Both the position numbers and the translations under genes were made by a program. This document shows, in pieces, positions 50,564-61,852 of a DNA stretch of 64,000 bases. Each line of letters begins with the position of its first letter. Within the stretch, counting starts at the first letter, position 1. The notes below the pieces were generated by a model. The model made no database searches, was not told where the DNA came from, and saw nothing but the letters and a program-made list of their open reading frames with translations. Origin of the DNA: Octopus bimaculoides (Eukaryota); NCBI RefSeq assembly GCF_001194135.2, contig NC_069006.1, positions 17,645,712 to 17,709,711 of the forward strand. Direction: 5' to 3'.

Positions 50564-50765
50564 TCATTATTATTATTATTATTATTATTAGTTGTTGTGC
50601 TGTTATCATGAAACAAATTCTATTTCTATAATTTCTTCTGCTAACACAAAGGCAGCAAGCTTGTGTCTTTAATTCTGCTTTGTTTTAAAGCAATTCTCTT
50701 CAGAAGCAAGCAAATCTTTTGACAGTTCTTTAAATTTAATCTTTAAATTCATTTTACTTTCCAAT

Positions 50766-50798
<33 letters not shown>

Positions 50799-51039
50799 CA
50801 TTCTTTAGGGTGTTTTTTTTTCCTTTCCATCCTTTGTTTTAATTTTATTTATTTTTAATTTTATTTTATTTTTATTTTAGGTTAGGTTTGTAAAAGCTGA
50901 TTCATTTTATTTCTTGATCTTAATTTGGAATTTCTTGTGCAATTCCACTAATGATTCTTCTATTTTCTTTTCTGATAGTTAACACATTTCTCTTCTTCTT
51001 CCCATTCTTTTTCTTCTTCATCATCATCATTATTACCAC

Positions 51040-51072
<33 letters not shown>

Positions 51073-51664
51073 CGTTATTCCTTTTGTTCTCCCTACTGAA
51101 ATCTCTTTTGTAATTTATTGTAACATATAAAAAGAACAGTCATTACTCTCTCTCTCTCTCTCTCTCTTACTACCCCTCCCTACACATGTACACACTTTCC
51201 TCCCCTCCCTCGCCACCCCCTCTATTACATCTAAGTCGTGTTACATGCTGTGTGATGTTAAGATTCAACATTTCAAAGAAGACTGTTTTATTTTTCATTT
51301 TATATTTTTTAAAGATTTTTTTTTATATTCATATATATATATATATATATGTACATATATACATACTGATATATTGGTGTGTGTGTTGAAGTTGTTTATT
51401 TCTGCTTAATTAAATTAAATTAGATAACTTTTGAAGCACCTCCTGTGATTGTATATTAGAAGCTGTTAATTCTATCAAACTTTTCAAAAAAGGATTTTTA
51501 TATCTCTTTTATTCTAGTGGAATTTGGAATTGTTTTCTCTTCTTTTTGACATTTAATTCTGCTGATCTTTTATTTTTATTTTTACATCTATTTTAATCCC
51601 ATGGAATTTTGTTAAAGAAATCCGAAAATATTAAACTACAATTTTAAATACATAAATGTAAAAG

Positions 51665-52110
51665 GGGTGCAGAAATGGCTGTGTGGTTAAGAAGTTTGCT
51701 TTGCCCAACCGCATGGTGTCAGGTTCAATTCCACTCTGAAGCACCTTGAGCAGTGTAGCACCTTCAAATATAGCCTTGATTTGGCCTATTCCTTGGTGAA
51801 ATTTGGTGGATGACAACTCTTCTAAAGCCTATTGAACGTGTGTGTTGTATGTGTGTATGTTTTGTGTTTGCACGTCTACACATTCACACTACTTGGGCAA
51901 TTAGGACATATTTATGCCCAACATAAAACAATTGTTTTGAAGCTTGGATGTTTGACACTGCAATGGTGTGGAATAAAGTAGTTTATTGGAAACAAGTCAA
52001 ACTTGATGGTGGAAAGAGCATCAGGCTATAAGAATACTGTCTCAGCAATTCTCATCCAACACATGCTAGCATGAAAAAAGCAGCTGTAAAATGCTCATTG
52101 ATGTTGATGA
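51665..52110 (+). mobile_element. SINE-A head with RTE-like tail (A2), decayed
   Basis: GGTGCAGAAATGGCTGTGTGGTTAAGAAG head; 3' GGAAAGAGCATCAGGCTATAAG...CCAACACATGCTAGCATGAAAAAAG...GATGTTGATG. Confidence 0.6.
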
Positions 52111-52147
52111 AGAGGAGGATTGAAAAGTGCATTCCCTGTAGAAAAAA

Positions 52148-52700
52148 TAGGTATGGCTGTATAGTAAGAAGTTTGCTTCTCAACCACATGGTTGCAGGTT
52201 CATTTCCACTGCATAGCACCTTGGACAAGTGCCTTTTATTATAGTTTCAGGTCAACCAAAGCATTGTGAGTGGATTTGGCAGAATCGTTAGCACGCCGGG
52301 CGAAATGCTTAGCGGTATTTCGTCTGCCGTTACGTTCTGAGTTCAAATTCTGCCGAGGTCGACTTTGCTTTTCATCCTTTTGGGGTCGATAAATTAAGTA
52401 CCAGTTACGCACTGGGGTCGATGTAATCGACTTAATCCCTTTGTCTGCCCTTGTTTGTCCCCTTTATGTTTAGCCCCTTGTAGGCAATAAAGAAATAAGA
52501 AACTGGAAAAAAACTGTCATATGTGTGTGTGTATTTTTGTGCCACCACTTGACAACTGGTGTTGGTGTGTTTACGTCCCTGTAACTTAGCAGCTCAGCAA
52601 AAGAGACCAATAGAATAAGTAGCAGCCTTTACACAAAACATAAATACTGGGATCGATTCATTTGACTAAAAAAAAAAGAAAACAACAACTTCAAAGCAGT
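52148..52700 (+). mobile_element. Old SINE-A interrupted by a young SINE-B
   Basis: Host 5' part ends GCATTGTGAGTGGATTT (52277); host resumes GGAAAAAAACTGTCATATGTG after the B tail and continues to TTCATTTGACTAAA. Confidence 0.8.
52278..52505 (+). mobile_element. SINE-B young variant, slightly 5'-truncated
   Basis: GGCAGAATCGTTAGCACGCCGGGCGAAATGCTTAGCGG...GCAATAAAGAAATAAGAAACT. Confidence 0.92.
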
Positions 52701-52833
52701 TAAGAATTGTATAAAAAATACTAAAATATTTTTTGTATTGTAGATGTATAACCAATTCATTGCAAATATATTTTAACAACAAAATCTTATATGGACCTCC
52801 AAGGGTCATGTGGACCCTGGTTGAGAACCACTG
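52700..52833 (-). mobile_element. hAT-like MITE end (MITE-H)
   Basis: Ends GGACCCTGGTTGAGAACCACTG; the reverse complement CAGTGGTTCTCAACC is a terminus typical of hAT/Charlie elements and matches 56186 onward. Confidence 0.6.
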
Positions 52834-52839
52834 TCATAA

Positions 52840-52925
52840 ATAATCAATCACATCATTGAAACCTCAAAGCTATGAGATAATATGCCTGATTAATTCAAAA
52901 CAATGTGAATAACTGAAGGTTTAAT
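52840..52925 (+). mobile_element. MITE-P fragment
   Basis: AATCACATCATTGAAACCTCAAAGCTATGAGATAAT...TTAATTCAAAACAATGTGAATAA. Confidence 0.65.
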
Positions 52926-54069
52926 TCTTTTTTTAAATCCACATCAGTAGACTTTTGTCTTTTTTTTTTTTTAAATGAGATTTCCTCACCTAAACCTATT
53001 TCTCAATAGGAACCAATGTTTAATTACTTAATGTTTGTGCTATCATCACTAATTCACCAAGTAAGGTGAAATGAAATTTATGCTTCTCTGATGAGCTTCT
53101 AATATAGCTGAAACATGTCCGGAAGTAATTAAAATTTTATATACTACATAATTATTCTTAGTTGGCTTTTTAATGCTTGCTGTATTAAACATGTTAACAC
53201 TAACTTAAAATATCTACTTATAAGGGGGCTATTTAGTTGTAACCTAATTCCTTCTGTAATCCTTTACTTGCTTTACTTGCTGCCAACATCTCCCCCCCCC
53301 CTCCTCCCTCTGCTCCTTAATCTAGATTTTTTTTCATGGCCCTGCTGCTGATGATATATCTTCTTGGCTTCCAACACCATTTTCTCACTTTCTAGGGAAC
53401 ATATACCTCTGTCTGTTTGTCACCCTTCATCTTCCATCCTCACCACCATCACTTTCCCTTTCTTCTGCTAGATCTGCTGTCTCACACCACTCCCCTTTCA
53501 CAACACCACTACCAGCTCTTCTCCCTGCCACCACCCTCTTTACAGCTACATCTCTTTCTTTCTCTTAGCTATCCATCCGTCCATCCATCTAAGCAACCAG
53601 ACTTGCTATCCTCTCCTCCCCCAACTGTTATATTTCATTCTTCAGCCTTCCCCTTCAACACATCCCCCCTCTACCTACCAGTCGTGTTACTCCTTCTTTC
53701 CCCTATTTCAACACCCCTCTATACAACCACCACAACAAACACACCCTCCTGCTCCTCTCCCCCAATGTTCTCCCTAACAACCACCACCTGCTCCTACCAG
53801 CTCTACTTCTGTTTTTACCCTTTACCATATTGACCTCAACATATCCTACTTCCCTTGTCATTCCCTAAAACCCCACTGTTGACATTTTGACCAGTCAATG
53901 CACAGTTTGTGTTTTTATATTCAACAAAAACAGCAGCATGCAAGTGTGTCATTCCTTTTATTAAAATATCATCTCCTCCTACTCCCCACTTCTATCCTCA
54001 GCTTTAGTCAGTCACTATTCTATCCATCAAAACCACTCTCTCTTCTCTCTCTCTCTCTCTCTCTCCTCT

Positions 54070-54109
<40 letters not shown>

Positions 54110-54395
54110 ATGAAATTACACAGCCTATGTGTTTCGATTAATTTCTAAAATAATCAAGAGTTTGGAGGAATTTAGTTAAAAAAGACAAAAATGGAAGCAG
54201 CTAACTTCATTAGTAGGTCATGTGTTTGGAACATAGCTTAAAGACAATATTCTTACATAAAATTATGACAGAAGGTTTAAATTCATATCTTTTATCTTTT
54301 ACTGAATGAATCTTCCCCCTCCCTGCCTACTTATTTTTTTAAAGCCTGGTACTTAATTCTATCAGTCTCTATTGTAGATGGAAACTGGAAGAAGC

Positions 54396-54449
<54 letters not shown>

Positions 54450-54469
54450 TACAACAGTATCAGCACCAG

Positions 54470-54950
54470 CACCCACACCAATGCATTTTATGTGGTGCCT
54501 TGTTTTTAGGATCTCAATTTTGTTGTGGTGGGCAGGTCTTCTCAAGTACAGCAATGGTGCCACATATCTTGGTCCTCTGCTGTCTCCTTCCTAAGGCTCA
54601 GTGTTCTGAGACTGGCCTTCAAAACTTTGTCCCATAGCTTTCTGGGTCTGCCTCTTCCACAACTTACCTCCACTTTAAATTATCAGCAGTTCTTTATGCA
54701 ACTTCCCTCATCCATCCACATCACATGACCAGACCTGTGCTGTCACCTCTCTTGTGCATTGCATTTAATTCCTCTTATGCCCAACTTCTCACTCAATACA
54801 CCAATGCTCTGTCATACATGCGCACTGACATCATACATCTAGTGGAACGCATACCAGCTTCATTCCTCTCCAGCCTTTACATATCCTCTGCATTCAGGGC
54901 CCATACCTTGCTACCATAGCATGGCTGATAGAGCACAGGATTAGCAGAGC
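54470..54950 (-). pseudogene. RTE-clade LINE C-terminal ORF remnant plus start of the 3' UTR
   Basis: Manual translation across frameshifts and stops: CALSAML/GSKVWALNAEDM*RLERNEAGM/DVSAHV*QSIGVLSEKLGIRGIKCNAQER*QHRSGHVMWMDEGSCIKNC**FKVEVSCGRGRPRKLWDKVLKASLRTLSLRKETAEDQDMW. This matches the RTE pattern LYGSETW...RLRW.GHV.RM...G.R.RGRP...W...DR..W. Confidence 0.85.
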
Positions 54951-55145
54951 ATCAGACATCATACGTTTGTGGCTGGCATAAATGTTCTTGCCACATTTTC
55001 AGTGAGAACACAGTATGGCAGGTATGACACAGGATTGGTCATTGTTGTTTAATGTATGCTTTCCATGCTAGCATGGTTTAGATGTGTTTATGGTATTTGG
55101 TCCTTTCAATGTTTTGAGTACAAAGTCATCCAAGTTCTGTTTGTC

Positions 55146-55348
55146 TTAAACCTTTTAGCATTCAGATTACTCTGTTGAATGTAAAGTTTATTTATTCACA
55201 TTGTTTTGAATGAACCATGAATTATCTCAAAGCTTCAAGATTTGATTATTTCTAGGATAGGTGTGAGAGGTGAGATGTAGCTGGTTTGAAGATAAAGCAG
55301 GTTGAATATTTGGGTTGGATATGACTAGTGTAGATGCTAAATGATTAA
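55146..55348 (-). mobile_element. MITE-P, complete
   Basis: TTAAACCTTTTAGCATTCAGATTAC...AGATGCTAAATGATTAA. Confidence 0.78.
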
Positions 55349-55429
55349 AGAAGAAGGCTACATAGTATAATGTTGTCATAGGAAATTGTCAAATGACTGG
55401 ACGATTAATGCTTGAAAAGTGGAGTAGAA

Positions 55430-55650
55430 AAGATGCTTTCTCTGTCAAATGTGATGCTTATATACATTCATGTTGTTTTGAATAAATCATGCATTATCTC
55501 ATAGCTTTGAGATTTCAATGATGTGATTGTTTATTTTTGCAATGAGATTGTAGGGTGGGTGTAAGAGGCTGAACCTGGTCTGTTTGAACATAAAACAGGT
55601 AGAATATTTGTGCTTGATATAAGAAGCCAGTTTAAACGCTAAAGGGTTAA
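55430..55650 (-). mobile_element. MITE-P, one end decayed
   Basis: CTCTGTCAAATGTGATGC...GTTTAAACGCTAAAGGGTTAA. Confidence 0.78.
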
Positions 55651-56185
55651 CCTTCCCGCATTGATATAGTAATAACTCACTATGTCCTCACTACCTCTTT
55701 ACTAGTTACTACTACTGTAATAATCTCGCTATGCACTGTCTTATTCCTCATTGTCTCTCTTCCATACTAAATTACTATGTTAACATAATTATGTTAACAA
55801 CTTAATTAATTTAGTACTGTTGTTCATCTAAAATCATTTATTGCTAGTCATCACCAAAATTAAGATGTATCTCTGAGATTTAATAAATGCATTGATTAGC
55901 AACAAATTAATGCATTTAGACAAACAAAAAAAAAAAGCTTACTATGCAATATATCTTATGTGTTGTGGCATTCTTAAAATAGATCTTCTGTTGTTGTTTT
56001 TTGTGATACTCTTAAAGCTCAGTATAATCTGTGTTGTCTTCCATGACTATACAGCCCCGTGGTATTCCAACATACATAGATCTGTCCTATATAAGGGATT
56101 CTCTTTGATGCTGCTGTTATCTAAGAACTTATTTTAACACAGTAATAATAATACTAACGTAACACTTAATCAGTAAGGTCTAATG

Positions 56186-56280
56186 CAGTGGTTTCTCAAC
56201 CAGGGTCCAAATGTCCCTTGGGGATCCATATAAGATTTGGTTTATGCGTAATAAATTGTTTATACTTCTACAAAACACTT
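56186..56280 (+). mobile_element. hAT-like MITE end (MITE-H)
   Basis: CAGTGGTTTCTCAACCAGGGTCCAAATGTCCCTTGGGGATCCATATAAGATT. Confidence 0.6.
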
Positions 56281-56289
56281 TGTTCCTCT

Positions 56290-56430
56290 TCACATTCTGA
56301 GTTCAAATTCCACCGATGTTGACTTGGCTTTCCTTTCTTTCAGGGTCAGTAAAATAAGTACCAGCTGAGCATTGGGGTCGATGTAATCAATTTACCCCAA
56401 AATTGATGGCCTTGTGCTGAAATTCAAAGC

Positions 56431-56478
<48 letters not shown>

Positions 56479-56870
56479 GGTGGCAAAGTAGCAGAGTAGT
56501 TAGCACACCGGGCAAAATGCCTATGCTTAGCGGTATTTCTTCTGCCGCTACGTTCTGAGTTCAAATTCTGCTGAGGTCAACTTTGCCTTTCATCCCTTTT
56601 GGGGGCAATAAATCAAGTACCAGTGAAACACTAGGGTTGATGTTATTATTATTAAGGCAACAAGCTGGCAGACTTGTTAGCATGCCAGACAAAATGCTTA
56701 GCTGCATTTCGTCCATCTGTATGTCCTGAATTCAAATTCTGCCAAAGTTGACTTTGTCTTTCATCCTTTTAGCATCAACAAAATAAGCACCAGTTGAGCA
56801 CCGGGCCTGGTGTAATTGACTGGCCCCTCCCTTGAACTTGCTGGTCTTGCACCAAAATTTGAAACCATTA
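56290..56870 (+). mobile_element. Array of three head-to-tail SINE-B copies separated by (ATT)n
   Basis: Copies at about 56290-56431, 56477-56642 and 56654-56866; (ATT)n at 56432-56476 and 56643-56653. Confidence 0.85.
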
Positions 56871-57491
56871 TTATTAGTAGTAGTAGTAGTAGTAGTAGCA
56901 GTAGCAGTAGCAGTAGTATGTTTCCAGTCTTAACTCCTGCTGACATGAACCATCAGTAATATTACACCATCACTTCCAATGGCTATCCTTATTTTTCGTT
57001 TCCATACCTTAGGTCCTCTTGGGTGATATTTGATATCTTGTCAATATTTTCTCAATCTGGGTTAGTTATTATAATTAAAGAAGTTGCTGCTTTAAAACCT
57101 GCCGGTCCAGGTTTACTTTCCCTTTAGCCAGAGAAGAAGAAGCAGGGCAGGGCTTATGACCCCCATTTTTTTCTTTTTTTTTTGAAAGGTTTCTGTTCTG
57201 AGAATAATAGGAAGGCTAGGAGGAAGAAATAAAGTTTGTAGATTTAATTGCAGAAGAAAGTAGAGCATAGCAAAGATATTGAGTTATTTTTAGACCCAAG
57301 ACCTGGTCTGAATAGAAAAGCAACAGACAGGATTCCTTGTTAAAAATGTACCCAAAAGCCAAGTTGTGATGGTGATGGTGATGGTGGTGGTATTTTTTTA
57401 ATCTTTGGTCATCTCTGGATAATCCCCAGTCTTTTGGGGTTTTTTCCCTGACACGTTCATACAATAGATTAGCAGTTATGTTTGCTTAAAG

Positions 57492-57760
57492 TTCTTATCT
57501 TTTATCTATTACTTGTTTAGACTATGGCCATGCTGGGGCACCACCTTGGAGAATTTAGTTGAACAAATTGACCCACAGTGTGCCCCCCCCCCCCAAGCTT
57601 GATACTTATTCTATCAGTCTCACTTTTACTGAACTGCTAAGTTACAGGTACACAAACAACCTAACACTGATTGTCAAGCAGTTGTGGGTTATATTTGTAT
57701 GTATATATACTGTGGGCTTCCTTCAGTTTCTGTCTACCAAATCCACTTAAGTGCTTTGGG
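57492..57760 (-). mobile_element. SINE-A, 3' two-thirds
   Basis: TACTTGTTTAGACTATGGCCATGCTGGGGCACCACC...CTTCAGTTTCTGTCTACCAAATCCACT. Confidence 0.8.
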
Positions 57761-57951
57761 AAGGCAATGCTCTTGAACCTTCAGAAGGCCTCCATGACTT
57801 GTAGAAGGGCAGGAGCAAGGAATGTATCCTCAAACCAGAAACGTAACTTGAAAGCATGTAACAGAGTGGACTCTGCTAAAGGTACCTATGGTACTATGTG
57901 CTGCTATGAAGTGTTATCACTCAAGAAGGCCAGTCTGAAATTTGATAGCAT

Positions 57952-58199
57952 CTCAGACCTGATGTACTTCAGACTGATCTATACAAAGTCTGATCTACAC
58001 TCAGCCTCATTTACTCTCAACCACACCTATACTTGGCCTCATCCGCATTCGGCCTTGTTCACACTAGGTCTCATCCACACTCTGCCTCTCCTGCACTCAG
58101 CCTCATCCACACTCTGCCTCACCCACATTCAGCCTCATCTCCGTCCACACCCGGGGCATCATCTATACCCTGTCTAATCTACACTCGATCTGCTCTACA
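57952..58199. repeat. Degenerate 16-bp minisatellite
   Basis: Units such as CTCAGCCTCATCCACA (58096), CTCTGCCTCACCCACA (58112) and CTAGGTCTCATCCACA (58064) keep a strict 16-bp phase from 57952 to 58143. Confidence 0.75.
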
Positions 58200-58823
58200 T
58201 GATTATGTCTTTGAGAGTGTCAGTTAATGTATGCTTTATTGTCTAATTCCACATCCTAGTAACAGTTGCCGTGGAGATGGAAATGTTGGACTTAGTGTAT
58301 AACAGTATTAATGTCATAAACATATTTGTGTGTGTATATCTATACAAACACTTATACAATACATACATATATATGTGTGTGTGTGTGTGTGTATGTATAT
58401 ACATATGTATGGCTGAATGTATATTTTGGAAAATCTGTAATGCAAATGTGTAATGAAAGGCATTCCATGAGAGAACACACTTAAAACATTTCAAGCCACC
58501 TGACTAGAGAGGAAAATGGGAAACTCATTGGTGGTAGTGCATGTCTATGTGTATATGCAATAGTGTGTGTGTGTGTGCAAATGCATGTATAATGTTGGGG
58601 AAAACACAAACCAATGCTTGCACAACAAATACAGATGCTCTGGCACAGATACACACATTGTGTGAACATGTATGTTTATGTATTAAGGGTTTAGGTGTGT
58701 ACACTTACAGCCATGGCTGGCTGTATGTATATATGAGGAAACTACAATCAGACAGGCCTGTATAGAATCATACATACCACAAACACACACTTCTGAGCAT
58801 GTACTTGTGTATCCGTGAAGGTT

Positions 58824-58858
<35 letters not shown>

Positions 58859-59863
58859 ATATCTGTAACAAAATGTGTGTGTGTGTGTTTATATGTAAAA
58901 GGCTTAAATGTGTAAAGATATATAGCTGTATGTCTAAATGCAGACTCATCTACATGCACACATACAGACGCAAACATTCATTCTCTCCCTCTCTCTTTCT
59001 TTCTTTCTTTCTTTCTCTCTCTCTTTCTTTCTTTGTCTCTCTCTCTCTCTCTCTTGTGGTTTGCACAAGGTATTTTGATATCTACGATGGATTTGTTTTA
59101 CTGTTTGTTGCTCTGTGCTTTTTTCCCCCCCCCCTTGGAGTTTTGCTAATGTTATGGCNNNNNNNNNNNNNNNNNNNNNNNNNNNNNNNNNNNNNNNNNN
59201 NNNNNNNNNNNNNNNNNNNNNNNNNNNNNNNNNNNNNNNNNNNNNNNNNNNNNNNNNNNNNNNNNNNNNNNNNNNNNNNNNNNNNNNNNNNNNNNNNNNN
59301 NNNNNNNNNNNNNNNNNNNNNNNNNNNNNNNNNNNNNNNNNNNNNNNNNNNNNNNNNNNNNNNNNNNNNNNNNNNNNNNNNNNNNNNNNNNNNNNNNNNN
59401 NNNNNNNNNNNNNNNNNNNNNNNNNNNNNNNNNNNNNNNNNNNNNNNNNNNNNNNNNNNNNNNNNNNNNNNNNNNNNNNNNNNNNNNNNNNNNNNNNNNN
59501 NNNNNNNNNNNNNNNNNNNNNNNNNNNNNNNNNNNNNNNNNNNNNNNNNNNNNNNNNNNNNNNNNNNNNNNNNNNNNNNNNNNNNNNNNNNNNNNNNNNN
59601 NNNNNNNNNNNNNNNNNNNNNNNNNNNNNNNNNNNNNNNNNNNNNNNNNNNNNNNNNNNNNNNNNNNNNNNNNNNNNNNNNNNNNNNNNNNNNNNNNNNN
59701 NNNNNNNNNNNNNNNNNNNNNNNNNNNNNNNNNNNNNNNNNNNNNNNNNNNNNNNNNNNNNNNNNNNNNNNNNNNNNNNNNNNNNNNNNNNNNNNNNNNN
59801 NNNNNNNNNNNNNNNNNNNNNNNNNNNNNNNNNNNNNNNNNNNNNNNNNNNNNNNNNNNNNNN

Positions 59864-59925
<62 letters not shown>

Positions 59926-60228
59926 GTATCTCTCTTTTTCCTTCTCTATCTGTGTTTTCCCCTCTCTCCACTCTCTATCTCTTTCTCTCCTTATCCCCTA
60001 TATTTATATCTGTCTATCTATCTGTCCATTTGTATCTCTCCCCCCTCTCTTACTCATTTTCTATATGTGTATCTCCTCTCTTTCTCTTCCTCTCTATCTG
60101 ACTCTCTCCTCATCTCTCACTCTATTTGTCTACCTGCATCTCTCCTTATACACACACCTCCTCTTTCTCCCCCTCTCCTCTTTATATCTGTGCATCTTCT
60201 CTATTCTCTTTTTCTCTCACTCTGTATT

Positions 60229-60260
<32 letters not shown>

Positions 60261-60732
60261 CTCTCCCCCCTACTCTACCACTATCAATCACTGAGGTTTT
60301 ATTCCAATATGATATTTAGTAGTAATTTTCATCATTCATATCCGACTGTTCATCACCGTTCTTTTTTTGTTTTGTTTTTGTGTTTTGTTTTATTATTCTG
60401 TTAATTCCCCTTTAACGTTGTTGCAGTTGTCAATGTCGATGATGATGATGATGCTGGCTAAGATAATCTGCCAGTGGAATCATGTAGAACTATATTTTTG
60501 CTGCTTTGCCAAAAATATTTCTCTTTATACTTCTATTTAAATGCCTTCTTCCTCCTCCTCCTCCTCCCCCCACCTCTTTCCTTCTCTCCTTCTTTCTATC
60601 TTTCTTGCCATGTTTGACTACAATAAAGAGTTTGTTTATCTAAACTACATTATGCAAGCCTGTTTGGATTACATTTCTCTTCTTTTAACAATAGACTGAA
60701 GACATTTATGAGGTTGCATATTATTATCATCC

Positions 60733-60779
<47 letters not shown>

Positions 60780-60780
60780 G

Positions 60781-60965
60781 AAGGTGGCGAGCTGGCAGAA
60801 TCGTTAACACGCCAGGTAAAAATGCTTAGTGGCATTTTGTCCGTCTTTACATTATTAGTTCAAATTCCGTCGAGATTGACTTTGCCTTTCATCCTTTCCT
60901 GGGGTCCAGTTTATCCACTAGCCCTCGCCCCCAAAATTTCAGGCCTTGTGCCTTTAGTAGAAAGG
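60781..60965 (+). mobile_element. SINE-B flanked by (ATT)n on both sides
   Basis: AAGGTGGCGAGCTGGCAGAATCGTTAAC...CAGGCCTTGTGCCTTTAGTAGAAAGG-ATTATT. Confidence 0.9.
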
Positions 60966-61004
<39 letters not shown>

Positions 61005-61007
<3 letters not shown>

Positions 61008-61370
61008 TAGTTTTATTTTTATAACGTGCTTTCACTTCACTACTGAGCGCAGCTCTGTGCACCTTGGGTATGTGCTGTGGTGCTCTTATGGTTACTGTAT
61101 TGAAAGTGTTTTGCGTAGGATGTGTGCAGTGCCCAGTAGTGCAATTTTCTGTATGTTATATATATTTGTAAGTCCTGGTGTTTTTGTTATGTATTTGTCT
61201 GAATATTTTTTTATTATACCTAAGGCACCTACTATGATAGGAATTGTTTCTGTTTCTAGATTCCACATTCGAGTTACCTCTATTTCCAGGTCTTTGTATT
61301 TTGAAAGTTTTTCCATTTCTTTTAGGGAAACATTGTCATCTGCTGGTATTGATACATCAATTAGAAAGCA

Positions 61371-61373
<3 letters not shown>
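61005..61373 (-). mobile_element. 5'-truncated R4/Dong-like non-LTR retrotransposon (restriction-like endonuclease C-terminus plus 3' UTR) in (TAA)n
   Basis: Open frame 61373-61092: KCFLIDVSIPADDNVSLKEMEKLSKYKDLEIEVTRMWNLETETIPIIVGALGIIKK...IQKIALLGTAHILRKTLSIQ*, which has the ID..IP.D...KE.EK..KY.DL / P.V.GALG / LLGTAHILR motifs of RLE-clade elements; 87-bp 3' UTR; (TAA)n on both sides. Confidence 0.85.
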
Positions 61374-61401
<28 letters not shown>

Positions 61402-61586
61402 AAAGGTGGCATGCTGGACAAATGTGGCATTTCGTCCATCTTTATGTTCTGAGTTCAAATTCTGCCGAGGTTGACTTTACCTTTCAGAATCCTTTTGATA
61501 ACATAAGTACCAGTTGAACACTGGGGTCCATGTAATTGACTTACCCCATTTTCCGAACCTGCTGGCCTAGTGTAAAAATTTGAAAC

Positions 61587-61623
<37 letters not shown>

Positions 61624-61852
61624 TAAGGCAATGAGCTGGCAGAATCATTAGCACATTGGACTAAATGCTAAGCAGTATTTCTTCTAGCTTTATGTTCTGA
61701 GTTCAAATCCTACCAAGGTCAACTTTGCCTTTTATCCTTTCAAAGTTGATAAAGTTAGTACCAGTTGAGCCCTGGGGGTTAATGTAATAGAGTAGCTTCC
61801 ATCTGAAAAATTTCAATACTTGTGTCTATAGTAGAAAGGATTATTATTATTA
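61402..61852 (+). mobile_element. Two further head-to-tail SINE-B copies separated by (ATT)n
   Basis: 61402-61587 (short deletion in the head) and 61625-61839; ATT runs at 61374-61401, 61588-61624 and 61840-61852. Confidence 0.85.

Noticed and set aside
52700-56280. Two matching hAT-like termini as ends of a 3.5-kb composite transposon
   Set aside because: They are the same end pointing outward (element bodies extend away from the interval), so they are separate copies.
56290-56870. Regularly spaced repeats as a CRISPR-like array
   Set aside because: The units are 150-220-bp SINE copies with microsatellite linkers in a eukaryotic context; no unique spacers or cas genes.
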